Part shown: positions 1 to 10,898 of the stretch, piece after piece | How the letters are laid out: the number at the start of each line of letters is the position of its first letter | Position numbering within the stretch: position 1 is the first letter of the stretch | Source of the DNA: Nitrospirales bacterium | Lineage (GTDB): Bacteria > Nitrospirota > Nitrospiria > Nitrospirales > UBA8639 | NCBI GenBank assembly: GCA_965203295.1 | Contig: CBDBCZ010000019.1 | Location: 1,440,001 to 1,504,000 of the forward strand | Reading direction: 5' to 3' | DNA length: 64,000 nt | Position numbers and translations under genes: made by a program | Notes under the pieces: model-generated | What the model was told of the DNA's origin: nothing | The model's database searches: none | The model's input: the letters and a program-made list of their open reading frames with translations, nothing else

Positions 1-2
1 GT

Positions 3-719
3 ATTGTTGAAAAACACGATGTTGTGGTTTGCATCGGGAAATCTGGTGAAAGCGACGAATTAGTGGCTATTCTGCCAGTTGTTCGACAAATTGGTGCCAA
101 GGTTATCTCGATCACTGCCAAACCGGATTCAACCATGACCAGACACTCTGATGTGGTGTTGATGACTCCGATTGAAGAAGAAGCCTGTCCCCTTAATATG
201 GCTCCGACCTGCAGCACGACTGCTGCGCTCGCTATAGGGGATGCCCTCGCGATGGCACTCATGAAACTTCGGAATTTCCAGCCCACGGATTTTGCCCTCC
301 TTCATCCCGGTGGGCAACTGGGAAAACGCTTGCTTTGGACTGTTAGTGACTTAATGCGCAGTGGAGATGCGAATCCGATTATTCATATCAACAGTGATCC
401 CAAACTCATGCTGTATGAGATGACCAGTAAGCGAGCGGGAGCGGTGTCGGTTGTCGATGACTATCAGCATCTTCTCGGGTTAGTCACAGATTATGATATT
501 CGTCGTGTTCTGGAAGCGGGAAAAGATCTTTTTAAAATGGCCATATCCGATGTCATGAATCCGAAGCCGAGTTTCATATCCATGAACGAAAAAGCCATTC
601 ATGCTCTTGAGATGATGGAGAAACGTGAGAAGCCGATTTCCCTTTTACCTGTTTTGGATTCGGAGCAAAAAGTCGTGGGTATGGTTCATATTCATGATCT
701 TGTGTCACGAGGATTGTGA
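3..719 (+). CDS. kdsD: Arabinose-5-phosphate isomerase, KpsF/GutQ family (SIS + 2 CBS domains); 5'-truncated by the window
   Basis: Motifs SGESDEL, EACPLNMAPTCST, HPGGQLG and C-terminal GMVHIHDL; frame open back to the window start. Confidence 0.93.
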   Translation: MVEKHDVVVCIGKSGESDELVAILPVVRQIGAKVISITAKPDSTMTRHSDVVLMTPIEEEACPLNMAPTCSTTAALAIGDALAMALMKLRNFQPTDFALLHPGGQLGKRLLWTVSDLMRSGDANPIIHINSDPKLMLYEMTSKRAGAVSVVDDYQHLLGLVTDYDIRRVLEAGKDLFKMAISDVMNPKPSFISMNEKAIHALEMMEKREKPISLLPVLDSEQKVVGMVHIHDLVSRGL

Positions 720-817
720 GGCGAATTTGCCTGGGCCTCACGGGCATCGCCGACTGTGACTTAGGAGTTTGGGCTACGAAAGCGGGCGAAAATTAAGGGT
801 AGGAGAAACGAACAACA

Positions 818-2131
818 ATGAAGCATATTGCTTTCTCAATACCACAGACATCGAAAACGAGCGCAATGTCTGTGACGGAAATCATCTGGGCTTCGCAAGG
901 CTGGGGTTTGGTCTTCATCAGCTTTCTCTGTTTCTTTCCAGGGATGTTTCACGTAGCAGAGTACTTATTTTTTGCCTTGTTGGTTTTGGCAATTGGCATA
1001 GCATGGCGGGAGGGGAGACCGATCTGGGTGCGAAGTCCTATGGACCTGCCTCTTCTCTTTTTTGTCAGTTGGGTACTTTTTACGATTCCTTTTGCTGGAG
1101 ACCCTTTTTATAGTTTTGGGGAGTGGCAAAAGCTTGTGGCGCAGGTTTTTGTCTTTTATTGGGTGCTATTCATTATTCGGGTGCACAATGACAACTCCCT
1201 GTTAGCAAAGGAGCACGGAAAGAGACGAGTTGTGAATGTTGGGAGTGAATTTTTGCAGAACGCGGTCCTCGTTGCTATTCTCCTGGGAACACTGATTTTG
1301 TGCTTGAGCGCTTTTTTTGATTTTGTGTTTCGAGGTGGTACATGGAAGGATCGCTTTGTTCGGGCTGCCGCTCCTCATTCTGACTACAACTGGCTCAGCA
1401 CGTATATGGTTATGGCAACGCCAATCTTGATTTCAGCCGTGTTTGTTTTTCGAGGCTTATGGCAACGAGTGGCGACCTGGGGAGTGGTTGTGTTTGCCTT
1501 TGGTGCACAAGTTTTCTCCTATACCAGAGCGGGTTGGTTGGGACTCGTGACGCAAGGACTGGCTTTCGGGTTTTTCACCAGGCGGCGTTGGTTGGTTCTA
1601 TCGGTGATTGGGGGACTTATCATTATTGTGAGTGGTCTTGTGACGGTTTCCCAGTTTGGGTATCAACAGGATACCGTTGATTCACGGACACTCATGATCA
1701 GAATAGAAGTTTGGCAGCTTGGATTTGATGAAATATTGAGACATCCGATACTAGGACTGGGATATGGATACCACACCTTCTCAGCTATTGTGAGCGGCTT
1801 TCCGAATGGCAGTCAGGAATTGGGCCTGCATAACACATTTTTAATGGTCGGTGTTGGAAGCGGATTGCCAGCCCTTGCTCTTCTGGTCTGGATCCTGGTG
1901 CAAAGTGTTCAATCACTGGTGGGGGCAACTTGGCGAGAGGCGATTCTGGAAAAGAGGGCGATCATGCTTGCCACGGCTATTATGGTTGTGGGCTTCGCCG
2001 TCCGGAATTTTTTTGACTATATGTTTGCCGGTAGCCTGGCCTACCTATTTTGGATTCTCCTGGCAACTGGGTTTTCTGTAGGGGTAATCGGAAATCGTCA
2101 AGGTAGAATTGCCTACGCAAGTAACTCATAG
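818..2131 (+). CDS. O-antigen ligase (WaaL/Wzy_C) family membrane protein
   Basis: Many hydrophobic segments; SYTRAGWLG, HPILGLGYG and HNTFL motifs; located in the LPS cluster. Confidence 0.85.
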   Translation: MKHIAFSIPQTSKTSAMSVTEIIWASQGWGLVFISFLCFFPGMFHVAEYLFFALLVLAIGIAWREGRPIWVRSPMDLPLLFFVSWVLFTIPFAGDPFYSFGEWQKLVAQVFVFYWVLFIIRVHNDNSLLAKEHGKRRVVNVGSEFLQNAVLVAILLGTLILCLSAFFDFVFRGGTWKDRFVRAAAPHSDYNWLSTYMVMATPILISAVFVFRGLWQRVATWGVVVFAFGAQVFSYTRAGWLGLVTQGLAFGFFTRRRWLVLSVIGGLIIIVSGLVTVSQFGYQQDTVDSRTLMIRIEVWQLGFDEILRHPILGLGYGYHTFSAIVSGFPNGSQELGLHNTFLMVGVGSGLPALALLVWILVQSVQSLVGATWREAILEKRAIMLATAIMVVGFAVRNFFDYMFAGSLAYLFWILLATGFSVGVIGNRQGRIAYASNS

Positions 2132-2552
2132 CAAAGAATAAAGAGAGGGGAAAAGAGTGATTCCTTGTTCTCTTTTTATTGTCGCGTTGACAGAGTGGTA
2201 AATATATTGATAAAAATCTATTCCCTTCGCGGTTTCAGTGGCACGACTTGGCCTTGAGGTGTCGTGAGTAGCGATGCGCTGATAATCAGCACGCCGCGGA
2301 AGCGATTTTCAAGCATCTTCTTCCATATCGGCCTTGATTATCGGGAGTATGATAGTGGCGGATCCAAGATTTTTCGCCCCACTGAAGTGGTACCCCTTCT
2401 TGGTATTTCTACCAAAGCTAAAAAAACTGGGATGCACTCCTCAAACTACTTGGGAGGAACTAGTCCAAGAATTTCAACAGTTTGGGTGACGTCTATTAAT
2501 GTCTAGCTAGGACAATATTGAGATTGGCAGTTAAATACATGAAGAAGCACAT

Positions 2553-3521
2553 ATGGTTAAAGTTTTAGTCTCTGGTGCAGGGGGATTCATCGGCCACCAT
2601 TTGGTTAATGCGCTCAAAGAAAAAGGATATTGAGTCAGAGGGGCTGATATAAAGGAACCGGAGTATGGAAAATCAAAAGCAGATGAATTTGAAGTCTTGG
2701 ATCTGAGAAGGTGGCCGAACTGTCTTCAGACGAGCCGCGGAATTGATGAAATCTATCACCTCGCCGCTAATATGGGTGGGATTGGTTTCATTGAAGCGAA
2801 TAAAGCAGAAATCATGCATGATAGCTCGCTCATCAATATACATATGCTTGAAGCCGCCAGGCTTAACGGGGTCAAAAAGTTTCTCTTTACCTCCTCAGCT
2901 TGCGTCTATCCTGGATATAAGCAAAACATTCCGGATTCGATAGCGCTCAAGGAAGAAGATGCCTATCCTGCCGAAGCTGAGGATGGCTACGGTTGGGAAA
3001 AGCTTTTTACCGAACGTCAATGCCGGCATTACCGTGAGGATTATGGTCTCAAGACCTACATAGTCCGTTTCCACAATATCTTCGGCCCCTTGGGAACGTA
3101 TGATGGGGGACGCGAAAAATCTCCTGCTGCGATTTGTCGCAAGATTGCCCTTGCTCGACAAGAAGATACGATAGAGGTATGGGGCGATGGTCAGCAAACT
3201 CGCTCTTACTGTTACGTGAGTGATTGTGTCGATGGTATTTATCGACTCATGCAGTCCGATTTCCATGACCCTATTAACCTAGGGCAAGATCGGATGATTA
3301 CCGTAAACGATTTAGTCGATATGGTGGCGAATATCGCAGGTAAGAAAATCGGCAAGCAACATGATTTGACGAAACCCCAGGGCGTGAGGAGGAGAAATGC
3401 TGATCTCACGTTGATGAAAAAGACATTGGGATGGGAACCGACCGTCAGTCTAGAAGAGGGACTCGCGAAGACGTATGAGTGGATTCAAAAACAGCTAAAA
3501 CAACAAGGAAGAGTCCAATAG
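2553..3521 (+). pseudogene. NAD-dependent epimerase (GDP-mannose 3,5-epimerase-like) with in-frame TGA
   Basis: MVKVLVSGAGGFIG...KGY*VRGADIK: TGA at 2631-2633 where Trp is expected; in frame with downstream HLAANMGG, SSACVYP and YGWEK. Confidence 0.88.
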
Positions 3522-3522
3522 C

Positions 3523-5262
3523 GTGAAAGTCTTACGACTGGCCCTCGCTCAGATTAATCCAACGGTTGGTGATCTGGCAGGGAACGCCAAAAAGATACAA
3601 GACAACATTCAAAAAGCAAGGGATCGTGGGGCTGATGTGGTGGTCTTTCCAGAAATGGCCCTTTGCGGTTATCCACCAGAAGACCTTTTGCTGAAACCCG
3701 CCTTTATTCGTGCCTGTCATGAAACTTTGGAAAGGATCGTTCCGGTTTCTAATGGATTGGTGGCAATCATAGGATTTCCAGAAGGGGGCACCGATCTCTA
3801 CAATGCTGCAGCGATTCTCTGCGATGGGAAAATGGTTGGTACCTATCGTAAACAGTACCTTCTCAATTATGGGGTGTTTGATGAGGATCGCTATTTTTCA
3901 CCATCCGACGCCAACGCTGTGCTCGTGGTCGATGGAGTAAGAATAGGCATTAGCATCTGTGAGGATATTTGGTATCCCGGTGGTCCGTATGAAGACCAGG
4001 GGATCGTCGGGGATGCGGAATTGCTCATCAATATTTCGGCCTCACCGTACCATAGGCAAAAAGAGATCATTCGAGAGAGGATGTTGGCTGTTCGAGCCAG
4101 CGATAGTCTTGCCACATTGATTTTTTGTAATCTTGTCGGTGGCCAGGATGAGCTAGTTTTTGATGGGGGAAGTGTTGTCTTAGATTCGAATGGCAAACTG
4201 CTTGCCAGGGGCAAGCAGTTTGCCGAGGATCTGGTTGTCGTGGATATCTTGGTTGATGGGGTCGTGCGTCAGCGTTTGCGCGATACGCGCCGACGCAAGG
4301 AGAGGCAGCGGCGAATTCAGAGGGCAGTCTCGATTGAGGAAATAGTCGTCCCCCTTCAAGTCCGTCTCAAGCCAGACAATTTTCAAGAGAAGCATCTGGT
4401 CGAACCATTGGATGAATTAGGAGAAATCTATGAAGCCCTCGTGACCGGCACTCGAGATTATATCCAAAAGAATGGGTTTGAAAAGGTCGTGATCGGTCTT
4501 TCAGGTGGCATCGATTCATCTCTTGTGGCCTGTATCGCGGCTGATGCCATTGGGCCAAACAATGTGGTTGGGGTCTCTATGCCTTCACGTTATTCATCTG
4601 ATCACAGTAAAAGCGATGCTGGTGACTTGGTTAATTCGCTAGGGATGCAATGTCTGACAATCCCGATTGAACCGGCGTTCACGGCGTTTAGTGAGATGCT
4701 GTCATCAGTCTTTTCTGGTCGTTCACCAGATCTCACTGAGGAAAATTTGCAGTGCCGTATTCGAGGAATTATTTTAATGGCCCTCTCTAACAAATTTGGA
4801 TGGCTGGTCTTAACGACCGGAAATAAAAGCGAGATGAGCACAGGGTACGCAACTCTGTACGGGGACATGGCAGGCGGGTTCTCAGTTATTAAAGACGTGT
4901 CAAAGACCGTAGTTTACGAGTTGAGCCGGTACCGTAATGCGCGCAAAGCGGTAATCCCTGAAAATGTTTTTGTCAAACCTCCTTCGGCTGAACTGCGGTT
5001 TGATCAAAAGGATAGTGACTCTCTTCCGGAGTATTCTGAATTGGATCCGATCTTGACGGCCTATGTGGAAGAGGACCGTAGCGTCGCTGAAATTACCGCG
5101 ACAGGATTCGAGCGAGGAAAAGTTGCCAATGTCGCAAAACTCATGGATAAGGCCGAATACAAACGACGTCAAGCGCCACCAGGTGTTAATATTACCGCAC
5201 GTGCGTTTGGCAAGGATCGTCGATTGCCCATCACAAATCAATTTTTGGAGGAAGGGTCATGA
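3523..5262 (+). CDS. nadE: Glutamine-dependent NAD+ synthetase (nitrilase-like domain + synthetase domain)
   Basis: FPEMALCGYPPEDLL, ICEDIW, GLSGGIDS, TGNKSE, YATLYGDMAGG, KPPSAEL, EYKRRQAP. Confidence 0.95.
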   Translation: MKVLRLALAQINPTVGDLAGNAKKIQDNIQKARDRGADVVVFPEMALCGYPPEDLLLKPAFIRACHETLERIVPVSNGLVAIIGFPEGGTDLYNAAAILCDGKMVGTYRKQYLLNYGVFDEDRYFSPSDANAVLVVDGVRIGISICEDIWYPGGPYEDQGIVGDAELLINISASPYHRQKEIIRERMLAVRASDSLATLIFCNLVGGQDELVFDGGSVVLDSNGKLLARGKQFAEDLVVVDILVDGVVRQRLRDTRRRKERQRRIQRAVSIEEIVVPLQVRLKPDNFQEKHLVEPLDELGEIYEALVTGTRDYIQKNGFEKVVIGLSGGIDSSLVACIAADAIGPNNVVGVSMPSRYSSDHSKSDAGDLVNSLGMQCLTIPIEPAFTAFSEMLSSVFSGRSPDLTEENLQCRIRGIILMALSNKFGWLVLTTGNKSEMSTGYATLYGDMAGGFSVIKDVSKTVVYELSRYRNARKAVIPENVFVKPPSAELRFDQKDSDSLPEYSELDPILTAYVEEDRSVAEITATGFERGKVANVAKLMDKAEYKRRQAPPGVNITARAFGKDRRLPITNQFLEEGS

Positions 5263-6624
5263 TCGACCATGTATCAGTCATCGGGTTAGGCAAATTGGGT
5301 GCATGTATGGCTGCCATTATGGCCAGTAAAGGGAAATAGGTGATGGGTGTCGATGTCAATCAGAACAATGTTGACATGATAAATCAGGGGCAGTCGCCTG
5401 TTGTTGAGCCAGGACTGGCTGAGCTCATCGCCTCCAATACACATAGGCTTCGCGCCACAACAGATTTTCGAACCGCAGTTCTGAAAACGGACGCCAGTTT
5501 TCTTATTGTTCCGAAACCATCGGATAAGCAGAGCAGCTTTTCCTTGAAATATTTGACTCAAGCTATTCAAGAGATTGGACGAATTTTGTCTGAGAAGTCT
5601 GATTATCATTTAGTGGTCGTGACAAGTACGGTCCTTCCAGGTTCTATGCAATTTGGAATTGTTCCTGTCTTGGAGGAGGCGTCGGGCAAGAAATGCGATA
5701 CGAGCTTCGGTCTTTGTTATAACCCGGAATTTATTGCTCTCGGGAGTGTCATCCATGATCTGCTCAATCCTGATTTTCTTCTTATTGGTGAATCTGACCA
5801 GAAGGCAGGAAACGAATTAGAACTGTTCTACTCTTCCCTCTGTGACAATCAGCCCGCTGTGAAACGGATGAACTTTGTGAATGCGGAGTTGACGAAAATT
5901 TCAGTCAATACCTATGTGACGACAAAAATCACCTTTGCCAATATGCTTTCGAATATGTTTGAAGAGTTGCCAGGTGTAGATATTGATACAGTCAGTTCTG
6001 CTTTAGGCCTGGATTCACGTATAGGCAGACGGTATTTGACTGGAGCATTAGGTTACGGTGGCCCATGTTTCCCACGTGACAACAAGGCCTTAGGGTTTTT
6101 GGCGAAAATGATTGGTTCTCCGGCAACTTTGGCCGAGACGACAGACCAGATGAACCAAAGGCTTCTCGAGAGGCAACTAGAAAAGATTAGAAAGAAAATA
6201 GGCCACAGAGCCACCGTCTCGGTTCTTGGTTTAGGGTATAAACCTGATACCAACGTGATCGAGGAATCACAAGGAATCGCGCTAGTCCAAAGTCTTCTGG
6301 GGAATGGAAATACAATCATTGTTTTTGACCCTCTAGCGATGGAAAACGCCAGACAGGTCTTGAAGGAAGAGGTCACGTATGCCCGGTCACTGCGGGATTG
6401 TTTGGACCAATCAGATGCCATCATTAATTACCAATCCCTGCCATGAATTTCGGGAGTTAGAGCCCACTGATTTTCCATAACGGACGAATCCCGTGTTGCT
6501 TTTTGATTGTTGGCGTGTTCTTCAAGATAAAGTCAAAGACTGTAACTGGATCGATTACATACCACTTGGGATTGGCAAAGAGGAATCGATAGCCACATCG
6601 CGACTATCGAGGCTTTGGCAGTAA
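5259..6624 (+). pseudogene. UDP-glucose/GDP-mannose dehydrogenase family; three lesions
   Basis: VIGLGKLG start at 5259; TAG at 5337-5339; YNPEF and GYGGPCFPRD motifs; +1 frameshift near 6427; TAA at 6478-6480; DCWR motif continues to 6624. Confidence 0.88.
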
Positions 6625-6649
6625 TCTGGTTCTCTCTGGTGATGAAACT

Positions 6650-7765
6650 ATGACTGTTTTGGGAGGTACAGGAGAAGCGAGCGATCAGGAGGATGGTGCC
6701 CAGAGATTTAGGAGGTTAACGTGTCGTTTGATCTTTGTTGCGACCAGTCGCAACGACGATTTTGGGGGCGACATGCTGAGGCGTCTACGTATCTTTTCTG
6801 AAGGTTTGCTCCAACTTGCGAACAAACACCGTCTGTCAGGGGAATTAATTATCGTCGAATGGAACCCTCCAAGTGGGAAACGTCTTTCTGATGTTCTTCA
6901 ACTTCACACAAAATCCGATCTCTTCCCTATTCGCTTTATTGAAGTTCCACCGGCTGCTCACAATGCGTTACGAAATTCAGATGTGCTCCCGCTCTTCCAG
7001 ATGATTGCAAAAAATCTTGGAATTCGACGAGCGAAGGGTGAGTTTGTCTGTGCCACCAATCAGGACATCCTCTTCTCCGATGAATTGTTCAGTTTTTTAG
7101 CGTCAGACAAACTACAGCATAACAGAATGTATCGTATCGATCGTACTGATGTTCAGGCCGATGTGCCTGAAGTATTGTCGGTGGAAGAACAACTTCGTTG
7201 GTGTTCGAGAAATTTGTTAAGGGTTCATACGAGATGGGGAACTAGGAAGATGAGGCTCGCCAGATTTAAAAATTTGAGAAATCTTGGTTTAATTCTCCCT
7301 AGAGTCCTTCGTGGTATTGCGCACATTTTGGACCAAGAACCCAAAGTCCACACCAATGCATGTGGTGATTTTACCTTGTTTGCGCGTGAACATTGGCTTG
7401 CCCTACGTGGAAATCCAGAACTCGCTCTCTATTCTCTTCATATCGATTCGTTGTTGTGTTATATGGCGGTTGCTTCTGGTCTGAAAGAGTATATTCTGCG
7501 CCCTCCTGCTCGGATTTTTCATCTGGAGCATGGGAGTTCCTGGGCGGTCATGTCGCCTGAGGAGAAACTTTGATGGTTTGCGAGGAAACCTTGGATTGAC
7601 TACCACTTGCTCCTGGAGGCATGGACGGATATGAACCGAAATTCCAGACCCCTTGTCTTAAACGATGAGAACTTGGGCTTGGGCATGGAAAAACTTAGGG
7701 AAGTTGTCCTCCTTTCTGGAGAATGTCGAGCTGTGGAGACCAATGAGACAGTAGTTTGTTCGTGA
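6650..7765 (+). pseudogene. GT-A-like glycosyltransferase-type protein with in-frame TGA
   Basis: SRNDD, IIVEWNPP, AKNLGIRRA, TNQDILFS, YRIDR; TGA at 7571-7573, then frame continues to NDENLGL and a stop at 7765; paralog at 44438. Confidence 0.7.
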
Positions 7766-7780
7766 CACGGAGGCGTTTTT

Positions 7781-8716
7781 GTGGCTCTTGATACTCTGCC
7801 ACTCACTTTATTCTCGACTTGTAAGCCCTTTCTCGAAGAGTCTGCGAGGATCCAGAGAAATGCGCTTCAAAGTTGGTCGAAGTTACCATCTGTTCACGAA
7901 ATCATCATTTTTGGAAATGAGTCTGGGGTAAGAGAATGTTGTCAGGAATTCGGTCTGCGGCATGTCGAAGACATCAAACGAAACGACTATGGCGTGCCCA
8001 TGCTGGATGCGCTCTTCACCTCAGCGGAAAATATTGTAGGCACGGATCTTCTTGGATACGTGAACGCCGACATTATGTTGACAAAGGATCTGGCTTCGGC
8101 GGTAGCGATCGTCCGGAGTCGATTCCCACGGTTCCTACTCATTGCTCGACGCTGGAACATAGAAGTGGAGCAGCTCTGGGACTTCTCTCAGTCAGATTGG
8201 GAAGAGAAGTTGCGGGCACTCGTGCGAACTTCAGGAAGCTTAGAGCCTGTCTATGGAGGGATAGACCTCTTCATCTATACACGCAGCCTTTGGGATTGGC
8301 TGCCTCCGTTTGCCATTGGGAGAGGACGATGGGACAGCGCTCTCATCTATCTTGCGAGAAAAGGGGATATCCCCGTTATTGATGTCACTCCTGTTGTGAC
8401 GACAATCCATCAGAATCATGATTATTCGCACGTGGCCCAACGTACGGGAGAGGACTTAAGGAGCCTGAAGGTGTTGAACCTCTTGGGAGGCGAGGAGTTT
8501 ATCTTTGCCGCACTCAATTCAACCCATGTGCTGCGTGAATCAGGGATACGCCGCCAGATTGACTTTTACCCTTCTCATGTGCTTAGACGACTTGCAACTC
8601 TCCCGGCACTCTATAGGCCATTCCGGCCGTTAGTGCCAGTCATTCGGTATCTGGTGCCTTGGTGGCGGAAATATACCAGTTTTCACAAACATCGAGCTGA
8701 GGCTCGTCGGCTATAA
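7781..8716 (+). CDS. Putative glycosyltransferase (GT-A-like)
   Basis: YVNADI DxD-like motif, FAIGRGRWD, IHQNHDY; polysaccharide cluster context. Confidence 0.6.
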   Translation: MALDTLPLTLFSTCKPFLEESARIQRNALQSWSKLPSVHEIIIFGNESGVRECCQEFGLRHVEDIKRNDYGVPMLDALFTSAENIVGTDLLGYVNADIMLTKDLASAVAIVRSRFPRFLLIARRWNIEVEQLWDFSQSDWEEKLRALVRTSGSLEPVYGGIDLFIYTRSLWDWLPPFAIGRGRWDSALIYLARKGDIPVIDVTPVVTTIHQNHDYSHVAQRTGEDLRSLKVLNLLGGEEFIFAALNSTHVLRESGIRRQIDFYPSHVLRRLATLPALYRPFRPLVPVIRYLVPWWRKYTSFHKHRAEARRL

Positions 8717-8984
8717 AGGAACTCCAGGGGACCTTCGTCTTTGCATGTCCTCTTTGTCTAAGGAAGAGAGAAAGAGTTACCGTCAAGTTTTTTGCAAACG
8801 TGGAGCATTGCCGAATCCGAGTAGCGTGTCATAGCTTCCTGAAAAAGAATGGTTCAGCCTAAATCCGGCAGTTACGAGGCGTTTTTTGATGAAAAACCTT
8901 GATTAACGAAGGGAAATGGCTGATTGGGGCGTTATCCTTTGGGTGACCCGTTTGGGAGCATACCCCAGAGACATCTTTCCTTCT

Positions 8985-9052
8985 GTCATTCCGTGGAAAC
9001 GGGAATCAGGTAGAGGTAGAGAGCTCTGGATTCCCATTTTCGTGGGAATGAC
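8985..9052. repeat. REP-like nested palindrome (GTCATTCC...GGAATC / GATTCCC...GGGAATGAC)
   Basis: Inverted ends GTCATTCC and GGAATGAC; each arm is itself a hairpin. Confidence 0.75.
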
Positions 9053-9299
9053 CAAAGGAGGGGGTATGCTCGAATCTCCGTTGTTTTGGTTTTCGCCTTA
9101 TCATCAACTACTGTTTTTAGGTTCAGTGCATTGATGCCCCTGGTGAAGGAGTAGACCATACGGATTTCTACTTTGAATGGAAGGAAGATGTTAGAGACGT
9201 GAGAGATGGTCATTTCCTTCGAGAAATTTTTGTAGCTGCACGCATACGTCTCCAAAGCCGATCTCTGGCGGCTCTCCGTGAGCCCCGCAAGCCGTAATC

Positions 9300-10073
9300 A
9301 TGTCTGCGACTTTGGAGCACTTCTCTTATTCCCTAGATCTCATCAAGGTCCTGATCGCTAAGGAATTGAAGGTTCGGTATCGTGGGACGGTTCTGGGGTT
9401 TCTCTGTTCTTTAGCAAACCCACTCGCCTTCTCCTTAGTGCTGTATGTCGCTTTCAAACAGGTCTTTCGGATCGATATTGAGAACTATCCTCTCTTTATT
9501 CTTTCGGCTCTATTTCCCTACCAGTGGTTTTCTAATTCGACCAATGCGGCCTCCACATTGTTTTTTGTCAATGCCCATTTGATCAAGAAGCTTAGGTTTC
9601 CCCGGTATGCGCTGTGTGTAGCGGTGGTGAGTGGCGATATGCTTCACTTCCTGGTGACGATCCCCATTTTGGTCTCTTTAGCATTTATCCTTCAAGGGGA
9701 GATCCCGGGCTTTGTCCAGTTAATTGGCATTCCGATCCTTTTGGTTACTCAGGCTTCGCTGACTCTTGGTGTCGTGATAGCCATCGCAACACTTAATGCC
9801 TTCTTCCGAGATCTTGAGCAATTTGTCCGAGTATTATTGCTGTTGTTGCTCTATGTGACCACGATTTTATTTCCTATTGATTTGGTTCCAGAGAACTTGA
9901 CTTGGATGTTGATCGTCAATCCGCTTGCTCCACTTTTTATCGCGTGGCGTGCCTTGTTCGTCGAGAATGTGCTCAACCCCTTAGTGTTGGCGGTTGCGAA
10001 CGCATTCCTTGTGTTGCTGATTGCCTTGCCTGTTTATCGTAAGCTTGGCTGGAGGTTGCCTGAATTAGTATGA
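9300..10073 (+). CDS. wzm: O-antigen/polysaccharide ABC exporter permease
   Basis: KVRYRGTVLGF, FFRDLEQ and NPL motifs; about 6 TM segments; overlaps wzt start. Confidence 0.9.
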   Translation: MSATLEHFSYSLDLIKVLIAKELKVRYRGTVLGFLCSLANPLAFSLVLYVAFKQVFRIDIENYPLFILSALFPYQWFSNSTNAASTLFFVNAHLIKKLRFPRYALCVAVVSGDMLHFLVTIPILVSLAFILQGEIPGFVQLIGIPILLVTQASLTLGVVIAIATLNAFFRDLEQFVRVLLLLLLYVTTILFPIDLVPENLTWMLIVNPLAPLFIAWRALFVENVLNPLVLAVANAFLVLLIALPVYRKLGWRLPELV

Positions 10074-10870
10074 ACGCGGTCGTCAAGTTACATGCTGTCA
10101 CGAAGCACTTCCAACGATTAGCGCACTACCGTTCTGGGTTGAAGTCCCTGCTTGTGCAGCCAGCATCCATATGGGGTTCGAGTCGGCATGAAAGTTTTCT
10201 TAGCCTTGACAACGTGACATTGGAGGTTCGGAAAGGGGAAGTTTTGGGGGTGGTAGGCCGTAATGGTGAGGGTAAATCCACGCTTCTGAGTTTAATCGGC
10301 GGTATTCTCAAGCCGACGTCCGGGCATATTTCGGTCAGGGGTCGCATCTGCCTGTTGCTGGAGTTTGGGGCTGGGTTTGCCCTTGATCTCACCGGTCGTG
10401 AAAACATCATTCTCAATGGGGTTTTATTCGGACTTCGCCGATACAAAATAGAAGAACAGATGGAGGACATCATTGAATTCTCTGGATTGAGTGAATTCAT
10501 TGAGCAGCCCTTAAAAACGTTTTCAACAGGTATGCAGATGCGATTGGGGTTTGCGATTGCCGTTCATGCTCAACCTGATATTCTCCTGGTGGATGAGGCT
10601 CTTGCTGTAGGAGATGCAGAGTTCCAAGAAAAATGTCTTGAGCGAATCGAAAAGCTTAGGAATCAGGGTGTGACCATTATCTTCTTTTCACACGATTTGG
10701 AGATGCTGGAAGCCATGTGCGATAGGGCAACATGGATAGATCATGGGCGTTTGATCGTACTGGGTGAAGCAAAGGAAGTGATTCAACGATATCGGAGTGA
10801 GGTTGGTCATGGTCGGCCAGCGGTTCTGGAACATTCCAGCTTACTGCAGCAATCTGAGGCAGGCACCTAA
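10070..10870 (+). CDS. wzt: O-antigen/polysaccharide ABC exporter ATPase (no long C-terminal binding domain)
   Basis: GRNGEGKST, LTGRENI, FSTGMQMRL, VDEALAVGD. Confidence 0.9.
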   Translation: MNAVVKLHAVTKHFQRLAHYRSGLKSLLVQPASIWGSSRHESFLSLDNVTLEVRKGEVLGVVGRNGEGKSTLLSLIGGILKPTSGHISVRGRICLLLEFGAGFALDLTGRENIILNGVLFGLRRYKIEEQMEDIIEFSGLSEFIEQPLKTFSTGMQMRLGFAIAVHAQPDILLVDEALAVGDAEFQEKCLERIEKLRNQGVTIIFFSHDLEMLEAMCDRATWIDHGRLIVLGEAKEVIQRYRSEVGHGRPAVLEHSSLLQQSEAGT

Positions 10871-10898
10871 TATCAACTTCAATAGCACTAACTGGCAA

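Noticed and set aside
2239..2255. Sigma-54 promoter (TGGCACG)
   Set aside because: The -12 GC is not at the required spacing
2264..2506. 80-aa ORF upstream of the epimerase
   Set aside because: No recognisable motif or RBS; probably leader or intergenic DNA
8916..9255. Short ORFs over the palindromic repeats (also 13980-14268 and 29728-30033)
   Set aside because: They are translations of REP-like DNA, not credible proteins
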